Below, piece after piece: positions 10,697 through 19,605 of a DNA stretch of 64,000 nt. Within the stretch, counting starts at the first letter, position 1. The number at the start of each line of letters is the position of its first letter. Below the pieces are notes generated by a model that did no database searches, was not told the DNA's origin, and saw only the letters and a program-made list of their open reading frames with translations. The DNA is from Candidatus Poribacteria bacterium (GTDB lineage: Bacteria > Poribacteria > WGA-4E > PCPOR2b), in assembly GCA_965198175.1 (NCBI GenBank), contig OZ240245.1, positions 2,176,001 to 2,240,000 on the forward strand, written 5' to 3'. The position numbers and the translations under genes are program-made.

Positions 10697-11580
10697 TGGC
10701 TAACTCGGACCTACGCATACATGCACACGCCAAGATTAACCTATTCCTTGATGTTATTGGCAAACGCTCCGATGGGTATCACGAAATCGTAACCGTTTTT
10801 CACTCAATTGGGCTTCACGACGATGTGATTATCCGCAAACGCAGCGAGGTGGGGATTACGGTACACTGCGATAACCCGCAGGTTCCACTTGATGCACGCA
10901 ACCTCGCCCATCGCGCTGCGAAGTTGCTAATCGATCAAAGGCTAGATATTCCTGGTGTCGTAATTAACATTCAGAAAAGGATACCGGTTGCAGGTGGACT
11001 TGGAGGTGGAAGCACCAACGCAGCAGCAGTGCTTTGGGGTATGAACCAATTATTTGAATTGAATCTGACTCAACCGGAGTTAATGCGTTTAGGCGCGCGA
11101 CTCGGCGCAGATATACCATTTTGCTTATTGGGTGGTTCAGCCATCGGACGCGGTATTGGTGAGAATCTGGCACCTTTACCACCTCTGGCCAACGCTTGGA
11201 TTGTGCTAGCGAATCCCGGCTTCGGTATTTCTACTGCTTGGGTTTATGAAAATATCTGTTTCCCGTTGACGAAACCGTCAAAAAGTGTTAAAATCTTGAT
11301 TCGCCAATTGCGGAACGGTGAGCTTAAATCTACAGCCGTTCAGCTTTATAACAGGTTGGAAACGCCGGTTTATTCGAAGTATCCGTCGGTTGGTGAGTTA
11401 AAAACGCAACTGGCTCGATGTCCGGGGAGTTATGGGGCATTGATGTCTGGCAGCGGCGCGACCGTTTTTGCACTTGTGGAAAACCAATCTAAAGCCGATT
11501 CGGCTCTCTCTAACCTCGGCGATGAGGCAACTTTTGGGGTGGTAACGACTGTGAGTCCGGTCGGGCTCTGTCTCGCTTGA
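10696..11580 (+). CDS. ispE: 4-diphosphocytidyl-2-C-methyl-D-erythritol kinase
   Basis: AKINLFLDV...DGYH, KRIPVAGGLGGGS, LMSGSG. Confidence 0.96.
   Translation: MANSDLRIHAHAKINLFLDVIGKRSDGYHEIVTVFHSIGLHDDVIIRKRSEVGITVHCDNPQVPLDARNLAHRAAKLLIDQRLDIPGVVINIQKRIPVAGGLGGGSTNAAAVLWGMNQLFELNLTQPELMRLGARLGADIPFCLLGGSAIGRGIGENLAPLPPLANAWIVLANPGFGISTAWVYENICFPLTKPSKSVKILIRQLRNGELKSTAVQLYNRLETPVYSKYPSVGELKTQLARCPGSYGALMSGSGATVFALVENQSKADSALSNLGDEATFGVVTTVSPVGLCLA
11266..11294 (+). promoter_or_regulatory. Sigma-70 promoter inside ispE, likely driving tRNA-Gln/rplY
   Basis: TTGACG-N17-TAAAAT with extended -10 TG. Confidence 0.55.
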
Positions 11581-11652
11581 TGGGCGGTGGCCAAGCGGTA
11601 AGGCACGGGTCTTTGGAACCCGTATGCGTAGGTTCGAATCCTACCCGCCCAG
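11581..11652 (+). tRNA. tRNA-Gln(UUG)
   Basis: TGGGCGG acceptor stem pairing with CCGCCCA, D-loop GCCAAGCGGTAAGGC, anticodon arm ACGGGT-CTTTGGA-ACCCGT, GGTTCGAATCC T-loop. CCA is not encoded. Confidence 0.96.
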
Positions 11653-11885
11653 CATCTTCTATCCTCGGAGGCATCAACAATTGGGTAGGAAACCTTAGAA
11701 CCCTACTTTTGACCGGGATATTAGCTGTTCCAGCCCGGGGTTTTGTTCCGTTGCGTCGTAGAGATGTATCAAAAGCCGTAGCTCCCATGACAATAGCTAC
11801 GGTTTATTATTTTATTTGGAGAAATTTTGAAGAATTGATTTAGGTGCTTAAGTGGGATGGCGCATTCCAGAATTAGGAGAATATC

Positions 11886-12548
11886 ATGCGATTAGCTAGA
11901 CTTGAAGCTCAAAAACGGAGTATTTTTGGAAAAAGCGCGGGGAGAGGCCTCCGGCGAAGTGGGACCATCCCAGCGATTTTGTATGGGCGTCACGAAGATG
12001 TTATCCCCCTCCAGCTTGACTTGCGATCCTTTCAGCGGTTTCTTCAATCAAATGGCGAGAATGTGTTAATCGATTTGGACATTGCAAATCATGGACACGA
12101 AACCATTATGATTAAAGAAGTCCAACGCGATCCGGTTGAACAACGCTTGCTTCATACTGATTTTATCCGCATTTCACTTGAGGAACCGGTGACTTCGGCA
12201 GTCCCTATCGTTCTGGTCGGATCTGCTCGCGGACTTGAGGAAGGTGGTATCGTTGAGCTCGCCCATCGGCAACTCCACATCCGTTGTCTACCAACGATTT
12301 TACCTGACACCATTGAGGTTGATATTAGCGAATTGGACCTTGAAGACTTCATTCGGATTGAGGATTTGTCGCTCGATGATGGCGTTGAAATGTTAGATGC
12401 CCCTCAAACCATCGTTGTCTTGGTTAACCGACCAAGAGTTGAGACAGAGGCTGAACTTGGAGAGGATGTAGCCGGCGATGTGGATGAAACAGCCGTTGAC
12501 GAACCAGAACTTATCTCTCGGAAACGCGGCGAAGACGCGGACGAATGA
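11886..12548 (+). CDS. rplY: 50S ribosomal protein bL25 (long Ctc/TL5 form)
   Basis: LRRSGTIPAILYG, KEVQRDP...HTDF, C-terminal TL5 domain and acidic tail. Confidence 0.95.
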   Translation: MRLARLEAQKRSIFGKSAGRGLRRSGTIPAILYGRHEDVIPLQLDLRSFQRFLQSNGENVLIDLDIANHGHETIMIKEVQRDPVEQRLLHTDFIRISLEEPVTSAVPIVLVGSARGLEEGGIVELAHRQLHIRCLPTILPDTIEVDISELDLEDFIRIEDLSLDDGVEMLDAPQTIVVLVNRPRVETEAELGEDVAGDVDETAVDEPELISRKRGEDADE

Positions 12549-13689
12549 TGCAGGACATCTCCTGCTCATCGCATTCTTGATTTGCACGGGAATCTGTGTT
12601 GCGCAGACGCCATTGATTCGCTTCGTTGACGAAGGGGGCAAATCTGTTGCTGAAGTGGAAGCGAGGATTCACAGTGGAAGCTTGTATCTACCGACTGGTG
12701 TCTTGCGAAGAACGTTTGACCCAGATTTGAAGCAACAATATACGTCCCTAACGCAGAAGCTTGTTCTGAACCTTAGGGGGAAACAGATTAATTTACGCAT
12801 CGGCAAATTATCGGCAACGACAGATGAAGACGATGGTACAATTATACTCTCCCAGCCCCCCCGAATCATTGAGGGGAAGCGAATGTTGCCGCTCGACTTT
12901 TTCACGAAACTCCTCCCTCAACTTTACAATGTTAAAGTTTTCTACAATTCTCCGCTACAGACAATACACATTACGGAAAAGTCGGCACACCTACCCAATT
13001 TTCCGCCTCCATCGTCGTCGAGGAAACACGAAGAATTCCTGTTTGTTCTCGATCCAGGGCATGGTGGGTCAGATTCAGGGTGCCGGGGAAACACCGGCAC
13101 ACTTGAAAAAGATGTAGTGCTCGACCTTGCCAAGCGGATTCAGAGACTCTGCCTGCAAAATAACATCCACGTCCAACTGACACGGGAAGCGGATGTTGAA
13201 CGAAGACCAATTGAGCGCGTTAAAATCGCAATCCAGAATCAAGGACAGCTCTTTTTAAGTCTGCACTGTAACGCGTCTTTCTCTCCAAATGCCCAGGGTA
13301 TTCACATCTATATCAACAATCCTATGGGGGAGTTGAGAGCTGACACTGTTACAAGGTCGTCCAATCAAACTTCAGGGCGCCGCGCTATCAAGGTGCTCGC
13401 ACAAGACGACTTTCTGCTGCAGAGCCGCGAGTTCGCAGCAATGCTCCAGGAACAGTTCGCGGCGACCATACCTTCTTCGGTCTCACTGATGGAAATGCCT
13501 CTCGTAACCCTTTCAGATGTCTACATGCCCGCAATCCTAATCGAGATTGGATACCTGTCCAATGCGGCTGATGAAGCTCGTCTTGTTGACGCTGAAAATC
13601 TAGCGTCTATGTCAATGGCGATATCCCTCGCGGTTCAGCGGTATATTACAGCGTTTAATCCGGAGAATGGAGCTGTGAAAGGTAAATGA
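12478..13689 (+). CDS. N-acetylmuramoyl-L-alanine amidase (Amidase_3) with an N-terminal copper-amine-oxidase-N-like domain; start uncertain
   Basis: VLDPGHGG, EKDVVL, SLHCNA, ILIEIGYLSN zinc/catalytic residues; signal-like segment. Confidence 0.88.
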   Translation: MWMKQPLTNQNLSLGNAAKTRTNDAGHLLLIAFLICTGICVAQTPLIRFVDEGGKSVAEVEARIHSGSLYLPTGVLRRTFDPDLKQQYTSLTQKLVLNLRGKQINLRIGKLSATTDEDDGTIILSQPPRIIEGKRMLPLDFFTKLLPQLYNVKVFYNSPLQTIHITEKSAHLPNFPPPSSSRKHEEFLFVLDPGHGGSDSGCRGNTGTLEKDVVLDLAKRIQRLCLQNNIHVQLTREADVERRPIERVKIAIQNQGQLFLSLHCNASFSPNAQGIHIYINNPMGELRADTVTRSSNQTSGRRAIKVLAQDDFLLQSREFAAMLQEQFAATIPSSVSLMEMPLVTLSDVYMPAILIEIGYLSNAADEARLVDAENLASMSMAISLAVQRYITAFNPENGAVKGK

Positions 13690-13693
13690 TACC

Positions 13694-14314
13694 ATGGGTA
13701 GAAATCGAAAATCCAAGGTGATTAGGGGAATCGCAATTGGAACAGCAGTTATAATCGTTGCGGCTATTTCCGTTGTCATGTTGCGTCCTAGAGAACCAGA
13801 GCCGATACCGATGGTACCACAGATGCTTGTTCAAGAGCCTTCCGACTCTGAACTTCCCCTTCAGGACATAGATCTTTTTTTCTTCGACGTTGAATCCCTT
13901 AGACTTGTCCGTGAAAAAAGGGAGTTGCGTTTATCTCTCGAACGCCCAGATCGTCTGAAACAGATTATCCGTGCACTAATCAGCGGCTCTGACCATGGCT
14001 TGAAAAGTACGGTTCCCGGCGGCACATTTCTTTATGAAGCTTATGTTGATGCGCAATCTACTGCCTACCTAGATTTTTCCCGCCATTTGGCAGAGTCGCA
14101 CATCGGCGGCACTACAGCTGAGATAATTACCATAAAATCCATTTTGCAAACGGTTTACGCCAATTTTCCTGAGAAGATCCAAAGCGTGCAAATCCTCATT
14201 GAAGGACAAGAAGTGAATACAATCGCTGAGCACATTGATATTTCAAATCCCCTCGTCCTCACGCCCGATTTCCAGGTGCCAGTGGAAGAAAAGGAAGCGA
14301 AGCCTCCTAGATAA
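13694..14314 (+). CDS. GerMN domain membrane-anchored protein
   Basis: N-terminal TM helix, AYLDFS, GGTTAE, VQILIEG, HIDISNP. Confidence 0.85.
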   Translation: MGRNRKSKVIRGIAIGTAVIIVAAISVVMLRPREPEPIPMVPQMLVQEPSDSELPLQDIDLFFFDVESLRLVREKRELRLSLERPDRLKQIIRALISGSDHGLKSTVPGGTFLYEAYVDAQSTAYLDFSRHLAESHIGGTTAEIITIKSILQTVYANFPEKIQSVQILIEGQEVNTIAEHIDISNPLVLTPDFQVPVEEKEAKPPR

Positions 14315-14577
14315 CCTTGCATCAATGTCGTGGTGCCAGATGCCAATTCAACCGTTCGCATAAGGATCTCAAAACAGGTATATCCTCCCTCGCTCTCCCT
14401 TCGCAAGAGGGAGGACGTTTTCAGTTCCTTCTTAAGTAAGGACATCCCTTGTGGGTGCCCTCTTGGGGCAGCACTGACTGCAATCTTTTTTACGATTACG
14501 CGGTGCGGTAACCGACAGGCATGTTTTCGCCCCAAACGCCATCGCTGTTGGGTTGATTAAACGCTGTCGCCAAAAAG

Positions 14578-15171
14578 ATGTCACAGCGCATGAAGTTAAT
14601 CGTTGGGCTTGGGAATCCCGGTCCACACTACAAAAACACCAGGCACAATGTCGGGTTTCGAGTCATTGATGAACTGTTACAGCGGACCCAATCGACGCAG
14701 TTAGAAAATATCTGCCAATCTCTCGTAGCTCGAACTAATGTGCGGGGGAACGAGGTTATCCTTGCCAAACCGCTTACCTACATGAACAATAGCGGGCGCG
14801 CCGTAAGTGAGATGGTTCACCAATTTGACATCTCTTTGGAGCTTTTGTGTATCGTCTATGACGACCTCCATTTGGACATCGGTGTGCTGCGCATGCGTCG
14901 ATCCGGTAGTGATGGTGGACACAAGGGGATACAATCAATTCAGCATTTGCTGGACACACAAGCGTTTCCACTTCTACGTATCGGCATCGGCAAGCCGGAA
15001 ACTGGACACTGGATTGATTACGTTCTCAGTGAGTTTTCACCAGCAGAGAGTGAGGAAATTGATTATATGATTCAACGTGCTGCGGACGCAATTGAAACAT
15101 TGATTTCAGACGGTATCCATAGCGCGATGAATCAGTTTAACGGGCGTGCTGAACAATTGTCGATCGATTAA
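14578..15171 (+). CDS. pth: Peptidyl-tRNA hydrolase (start may be ATG 14590)
   Basis: LIVGLGNPG, TRHNVGF, KPLTYMNNSG, YDDL, GGHKG, LRIGIG. Confidence 0.97.
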   Translation: MSQRMKLIVGLGNPGPHYKNTRHNVGFRVIDELLQRTQSTQLENICQSLVARTNVRGNEVILAKPLTYMNNSGRAVSEMVHQFDISLELLCIVYDDLHLDIGVLRMRRSGSDGGHKGIQSIQHLLDTQAFPLLRIGIGKPETGHWIDYVLSEFSPAESEEIDYMIQRAADAIETLISDGIHSAMNQFNGRAEQLSID

Positions 15172-15180
15172 GTGGACAAC

Positions 15181-15275
15181 GTAGTTGGGTTCAACATCAA
15201 GCGACCGAATAGGGAGTCCGATAGAGTTCCCAATCCAACCCAACACCTCAATCCAACCGATCAAGTGTTGGGTTT
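15181..15275. repeat. GTAG-type REP-like element interrupted by an IS3 end
   Basis: GTAGTTGGGTT...AACCCAAC...GTTGGGTTT, with an internal CGACCGAATAGGGAGT shared with the 32424 element. Confidence 0.6.
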
Positions 15276-15675
15276 TGACCTGCCCCCAAGAAACTGGACA
15301 GAGAGCTAAGCAGGATTTTATAATAGCTAAAGGTCCAGAAAGGGGCTATCATGGCGAAGACAAGACGTCAATTTACTCCCGAATTTAAGCTCGAATGTGT
15401 GTTCGATATTATCAGTGGACAGAAACACCCTGCCGAAATTTGCAATGAACATCAAATTAGCGATGCCTTATTGTCCAAATGGCGTCAACACTTCATGAAT
15501 AACGCTGCAACGCTCTTTGTCGCTGAACAGAATCGCAAGAGTGCCTCCAACGCACGCATCGCTGAACTGGAGCGTCTAGTTAGACAATTGACATTGGAAC
15601 TGTCTGCCTCAAAAAAAAGTATTGAGTTACTTCGACTCTCGGTAAAGCAAAAACGGGAATTGGTGGAACGAGGAA
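15276..15675 (+). mobile_element. IS3-family remnant (left IR, orfA at 15351, start of orfB), truncated
   Basis: TGACCTGCCCCCAAGAAACTGGACA left end; orfA MAKTRRQFTPEFK..., HTH, RIAELERLV; A8G slippery run at 15611-15619; sequence switches to a REP at 15676. Confidence 0.85.
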
Positions 15676-15810
15676 GTTCTTGTAGGTTGGGTTGAACGTA
15701 GTGAACCCCAACGCTTTTCTGTCGTCCAGAGGTTTCGAAAGCGTTGGGGTTCGGGAAAAACTATCGCCTTCGCTATCCGCTCAGTCGATCTCAACGAAAC
15801 CTACAAGAGC
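15676..15810. repeat. 135-bp REP doublet (REPIN/BIME-like), copy 1
   Basis: GTTCTTGTAGGTTGGGTTGA...AACCTACAAGAGC inverted ends; near-identical to 18200-18334. Confidence 0.85.
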
Positions 15811-15938
15811 TTATAATTGGTGAAGCCCTCAAGCGTGCCAATGGAAACCAGACGATTGCAGCTCAACTCTTGGGCATGTCGAGAAATGCGCTGAACAAGT
15901 GTTTAAGCCGTTCCCGAACGTCATCGGACGATATCTGA
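15801..15938 (+). pseudogene. 3' remnant (Fis-type HTH_8) of a sigma-54-dependent activator, copy 1
   Basis: LQELIIGEALKRANGNQTIAAQLLGMSRNALNKCL; no AAA+ domain upstream. Confidence 0.8.
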
Positions 15939-16008
15939 AACGGTGTTTGTTTTTCTCAATCTCTTCGCTTTCTACACTATATTCTTACCGTTTTGCCTTC
16001 CACCGCCC

Positions 16009-16139
16009 GAAAGGGGTGTGCCATTTGGCGCTATTGCACACATTTGGCGCACATTGCCCAAATCCTTGCCTAGCAAGGCTTCGCTCGCTTCTCGACCCCA
16101 ATTTTCCCGAATTCTGTCAACAAATGTCACACCCCTTTC
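16009..16139. promoter_or_regulatory. Inverted-repeat-bounded block, putative enhancer (UAS) array, cassette 1
   Basis: GAAAGGGGTGTGCCATTTG / CAAATGTCACACCCCTTTC arms (18/19), internal CATTTGGCGC repeats, about 120-250 bp upstream of a sigma-54 promoter. Confidence 0.5.
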
Positions 16140-16256
16140 CATACCCCATCAAAGCGATCCATGCCCAGACCGAAAAACAATTAAACTGCCCGTATCCCTT
16201 GACACATCAGGGTTTCCGAGGCCAAACAGAATCCAAATTGAAGGGGATAATCAATC

Positions 16257-16273
16257 TTGGCACACAATTTGCT
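16257..16273 (+). promoter_or_regulatory. Sigma-54 promoter 1
   Basis: TTGGCACACAATTTGCT matches TGGCAC-N5-TTGC. Confidence 0.85.
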
Positions 16274-16512
16274 CATTAAGGTAGCCATATGTAACACCTT
16301 GAACTGCGGAACGGTCCGCAAACGATGCCTTTGAGGGCAAAGAGCAGACGATAGTAACCACTTCAGAGGCATAGAGATTGGCTTGGCTATGCTTTCGGTT
16401 TTTCTGGTGTTGTTGGTTATATAATCCTAGCTGTTAATGGCTGGATCACAGTCAGATTGCGAATGAAACTGTAATGCCATCGGAAATTTAACCACTAAGG
16501 GAGGAATTTCAA

Positions 16513-17373
16513 ATGAAAACCGCATTGTTGATTCTTACGTTGGCGTCTTTGTACTTAACCGTGTTCATTCAAAATGTGGAATCACACATTAAAAACCCTG
16601 AAATCAACGCTAAAGCGAAAGTGTACATTCAAGCAATTGGTAATTCTGAAGTTGTTGATTTCATAGCAAAATCGAGTTGCACATTTCGTATCGGTGCCCA
16701 TGCTGGTGGTGCTAATGATAACCATTTGCATAAGGCAAATTGGTTTGCACAAGTCTATATCCACGATCCGGGTGGAAACCCAGACCCCAATGGTCTTTAC
16801 GCCGTTAAAAATCCAACCGAAGACATATAGGGCAGTGGATTCTGGAGACCCGATTCAAGTCCGTTAAGTGTTGGGAAAACATTAGCGTTAAATGAATGTG
16901 CTGAAGGTGATGCCATTTCATCTGGACGCCTATGGACACCCAATCAGGGGGACGATGTATATGGTCGTGATGAGGACGGCGATAATCATCTCTCATTCTG
17001 TATCTGGGGTACAGGTGCAGCTCCAGGGTTGTTTGGAGCTCAAATTCAAGAACTTGACTTTGACGAGTTAGGTGAAGTCTTACGTGATTTAATTGAAACC
17101 GCACGTTTGATTGACCCTAACATAGATGCTGCCGTTTACTTCGGTGGGCATATCCAAACATTAGTGTTTGACGAAAATACAGTTTATGTCTATGAGTCAT
17201 ATTCGCTAGGCGTTCCTGAATTGGTGGAAGAAAACTTGAGGGATAACTTGAGAGCTACTGCCAATATCGTGGAACTAGATCCTTTGGACGGTGTAGAATA
17301 CCATATACCAGTAGCCCCAGCTAAGTATCGGCGAAAATTGACTACTACATGGGCAGACATGAAACAGAAGTAG
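16513..17373 (+). pseudogene. Secreted His25-family protein 1, 286 codons with one in-frame TAG at 16828-16830
   Basis: ORFs 16513 and 17029 share a frame and the segment between them is open. It aligns with the 22241 paralog across the stop. Signal peptide QNVES|H; ends KLTTTWADMKQK. Confidence 0.8.
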
Positions 17374-17382
17374 CTAACAAAT

Positions 17383-17409
17383 GAAGGCTACTGTGATCCA
17401 GTAGCCTTC
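17383..17409 (+). other. Intergenic hairpin between the secreted protein and its lipoprotein
   Basis: GAAGGCTACTG-TGATC-CAGTAGCCTTC perfect 11-bp stem. Confidence 0.6.
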
Positions 17410-17438
17410 TAACTTCCTTGCATAAAAGGAGGATAATA

Positions 17439-17960
17439 ATGAAAGTATTACTGTTGCTATTGGTAATCGTATTGGCTTGTGGTGAAAATGAAGATACTGA
17501 CAAGGAACTTATTAACACTGTAATCGTTCCCGGACTGGAAGCTGTAGGCATTAAGCTAGGCGATGATTTAGATAGAGTTATGGAACTATATGGCGAACCA
17601 CGCTTAGACTTTAGACCTGAATGGTATAATTCATACCAATCGAACCGTTGGAATATAGCCTACGATTGGAGTGATTTAGGCGTAACTGTTTATTTTGACA
17701 ATAATGATAGAGCTGTTGAAATAGGAGTACGAAATCCAGAAGCACGAACAATAAGGGGTCTTGGCGTAGGTAGTACGTGGGACGAAGTACATGAAGTATA
17801 CGGTAATGAATCAAATGTTGATTCAGGTCAAGGTGGGGTTATTACTTTTGGCGATGGTGGTGCAAAGTACTCAGATGCTTATACTTCTAGGGGTGTAGAA
17901 TTTAGATATAAAATCAAGCCGTTCATAGTGGTACAGGTTGTTGTCTTTGATAGGGAATAA
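17439..17960 (+). CDS. Lipoprotein partner 1, with two short internal repeats
   Basis: AGGAGG RBS, MKVLLLLLVIVLA|C lipobox; repeats GIKLGDDLDRVMELYG / GLGVGSTWDEVHEVYG. Confidence 0.8.
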   Translation: MKVLLLLLVIVLACGENEDTDKELINTVIVPGLEAVGIKLGDDLDRVMELYGEPRLDFRPEWYNSYQSNRWNIAYDWSDLGVTVYFDNNDRAVEIGVRNPEARTIRGLGVGSTWDEVHEVYGNESNVDSGQGGVITFGDGGAKYSDAYTSRGVEFRYKIKPFIVVQVVVFDRE

Positions 17961-17983
17961 GGTAAGCATTTGTTGGAAGGTTG

Positions 17984-18010
17984 GGGGCAGTTCACGCTGC
18001 CCCTTTTTTT
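17984..18010 (+). terminator. Rho-independent terminator
   Basis: GGGGCAG-TTCACG-CTGCCCC followed by T7. Confidence 0.8.
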
Positions 18011-18197
18011 ATCCTATCATTCCATCTATATTTACTACTACAATTCCACCTATTCTAACTTCTACTATGCCTTCAGGTAGATTTAATCGCTGAAGGTTTA
18101 TATTCCATTTAGTTCCACTACCATTCGCTATCAAGTTGTTTACTGAAACCTGGTTCACCGAAGCATCAAGATTTATCACTACCACAGCATTAGGCGG
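18009..18197 (-). pseudogene. 3' fragment of a convergent gene, cut at REP copy 2
   Basis: Open frame PPNAVVVINLDASVNQVSVNNLIANGSGTKWNINL...DGMIG* with no start before the REP. Confidence 0.5.
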
Positions 18198-18199
18198 TA

Positions 18200-18334
18200 G
18201 TTCTTGTAGGTTGGGTTGAACGTAGTGAAACCCAACGCTTTTCTGTCGTCCAGAGGTTTCGAAAGCGTTGGGTTTCGGGAAAAACTATCGCCTTCGCTAT
18301 CCGCTCAGTTGATCTCAACCCAACCTACAAGAGC
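18200..18334. repeat. 135-bp REP doublet, copy 2
   Basis: Near-identical to 15676-15810. Confidence 0.85.
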
Positions 18335-18462
18335 TTATAATTGCTGAAGCCCTCAAGCGTGCCAATGGAAACCAGACGATTGCCGCAGGACTTTTGGGCA
18401 TGACAAGACAAGCGCTGCATAACCGTCTAGCCCGCACACGAACATCGTCGGACGATGTGTGA
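18325..18462 (+). pseudogene. 3' remnant (Fis-type HTH_8) of a sigma-54-dependent activator, copy 2
   Basis: LQELIIAEALKRANGNQTIAAGLLGMTRQALHNRLARTRTSSDDV*, same length as copy 1. Confidence 0.8.
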
Positions 18463-18653
18463 AGAGTCGTTTGCCTTTTCCAACCTCTCTTTCCAATCTG
18501 TTCAACCCTCTTCTCTCACCTACAACCCCCCGTTGCCTACCCCATCAAAGCGCTGCCATCCCAGACTGAAAAAAAAAATAAACTGCCCGTATCCCTTAGC
18601 ACATAAGCGTTTCAAAGCACATGCCGAGTCCAAATTGAAAGGGATTATTGGTT

Positions 18654-18670
18654 TTGGCATATATTTTGCC
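18654..18670 (+). promoter_or_regulatory. Sigma-54 promoter 2
   Basis: TTGGCATATATTTTGCC, at the end of the same conserved upstream module as promoter 1. Confidence 0.8.
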
Positions 18671-18754
18671 CTATATTCCTACCGAAGTACCTGATTCAGT
18701 TTCGATAACTTGGTTTCCATGCAAACACCGAACAACAATAAGGAGGATTTACCA

Positions 18755-19534
18755 ATGAAACGGACCACGGTTTTCACCATGCTACTTTTATCTGTCTTGG
18801 TTCTTCTTGTTGATACATCAATTGCTCACATCACTGTGGCAGATGACACCGCGGTAATACCTTATGCACGAGTTTCCCGTGTTGAGCAAGGTGACGAGAT
18901 AAAAATTCAAACCGCTACTAGCGTTTCTGTGAAAACAGGTCCTCACGGGGCTTCTGAACAGCACGAGCATGCCTATTTGATCGTTGAACATCAAGTTATT
19001 ACAGATGCTGACGACTCAAGCATTGTTCACCTGTTCCAATATTGGATGAAAGGTGGCACATTCGTAGGTTCGGGGCAGAAATCGGAGGGCAGGCCCCGCA
19101 GAAGGACGGTAACCGACGGTGCTAAATGGGGTCTAGCGTGGGCATCCGGCGAGGTAAGTTCGGTCTATCAAATGGCAAGCCATACCGGCGTAGCTCATCC
19201 TAATAATCAAGCCATGGTAAACAACGGCATACCAGAGGAGGTGGGCGTGGTTAGTGGACTAATCCCACTTCAGCCAATTGCACCTGATTCTTCGTCGCGT
19301 GCTGCGATTGAACAAGAACTCGCAGACGCTCTCGCAGCAAACTCAGATGCGTCAGTGGCTGTGAACTATAACGGTAGAATCTACACGTTTGGTGAAGATG
19401 AGGAGCCTGTGTTTGACGGGACAGGTGCCTTATCTACAGTCACCGAGTCAGTAGCGTTACCCGCAGCACCTCCGAGGCCCGAACCGCGCATTGGAACACT
19501 AACTACGACATGGGCATCAATGAAAAATGGATAA
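18755..19534 (+). CDS. Secreted His25-family protein 2 (intact)
   Basis: AAGGAGG RBS, signal peptide DTSIA|H, GPHGASEQHEH motif, ends TLTTTWASMKNG. Confidence 0.85.
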   Translation: MKRTTVFTMLLLSVLVLLVDTSIAHITVADDTAVIPYARVSRVEQGDEIKIQTATSVSVKTGPHGASEQHEHAYLIVEHQVITDADDSSIVHLFQYWMKGGTFVGSGQKSEGRPRRRTVTDGAKWGLAWASGEVSSVYQMASHTGVAHPNNQAMVNNGIPEEVGVVSGLIPLQPIAPDSSSRAAIEQELADALAANSDASVAVNYNGRIYTFGEDEEPVFDGTGALSTVTESVALPAAPPRPEPRIGTLTTTWASMKNG

Positions 19535-19546
19535 ACTTCAATTATG

Positions 19547-19580
19547 ATGGGGAACGTCTAATGAGTTAGATGTTCCCCAT
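19547..19580 (+). other. Intergenic hairpin (second copy at 23993-24026)
   Basis: ATGGGGAACGTCTAA-TGAG-TTAGATGTTCCCCAT. Confidence 0.6.
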
Positions 19581-19605
19581 TTCCTACTAACAAGGAGGAT
19601 TTGTC

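Noticed and set aside
11510..11843. ORFs overlapping tRNA-Gln
   Set aside because: Spurious translations of the tRNA and intergenic DNA.
16225..16256. IHF site upstream of the sigma-54 promoters
   Set aside because: The AT-rich conserved motif does not match WATCAA-N4-TTR well enough to name it.
15899..16372. ORFs 15899, 15943, 16181 and 18455 as genes
   Set aside because: They span the conserved non-coding regulatory module, and their frames are not preserved between copies.
16828..16830. Pyrrolysine or stop-codon reassignment
   Set aside because: TAG ends many normal genes here (ogt, GerMN, gspE, gspG) and no pyl genes are visible.
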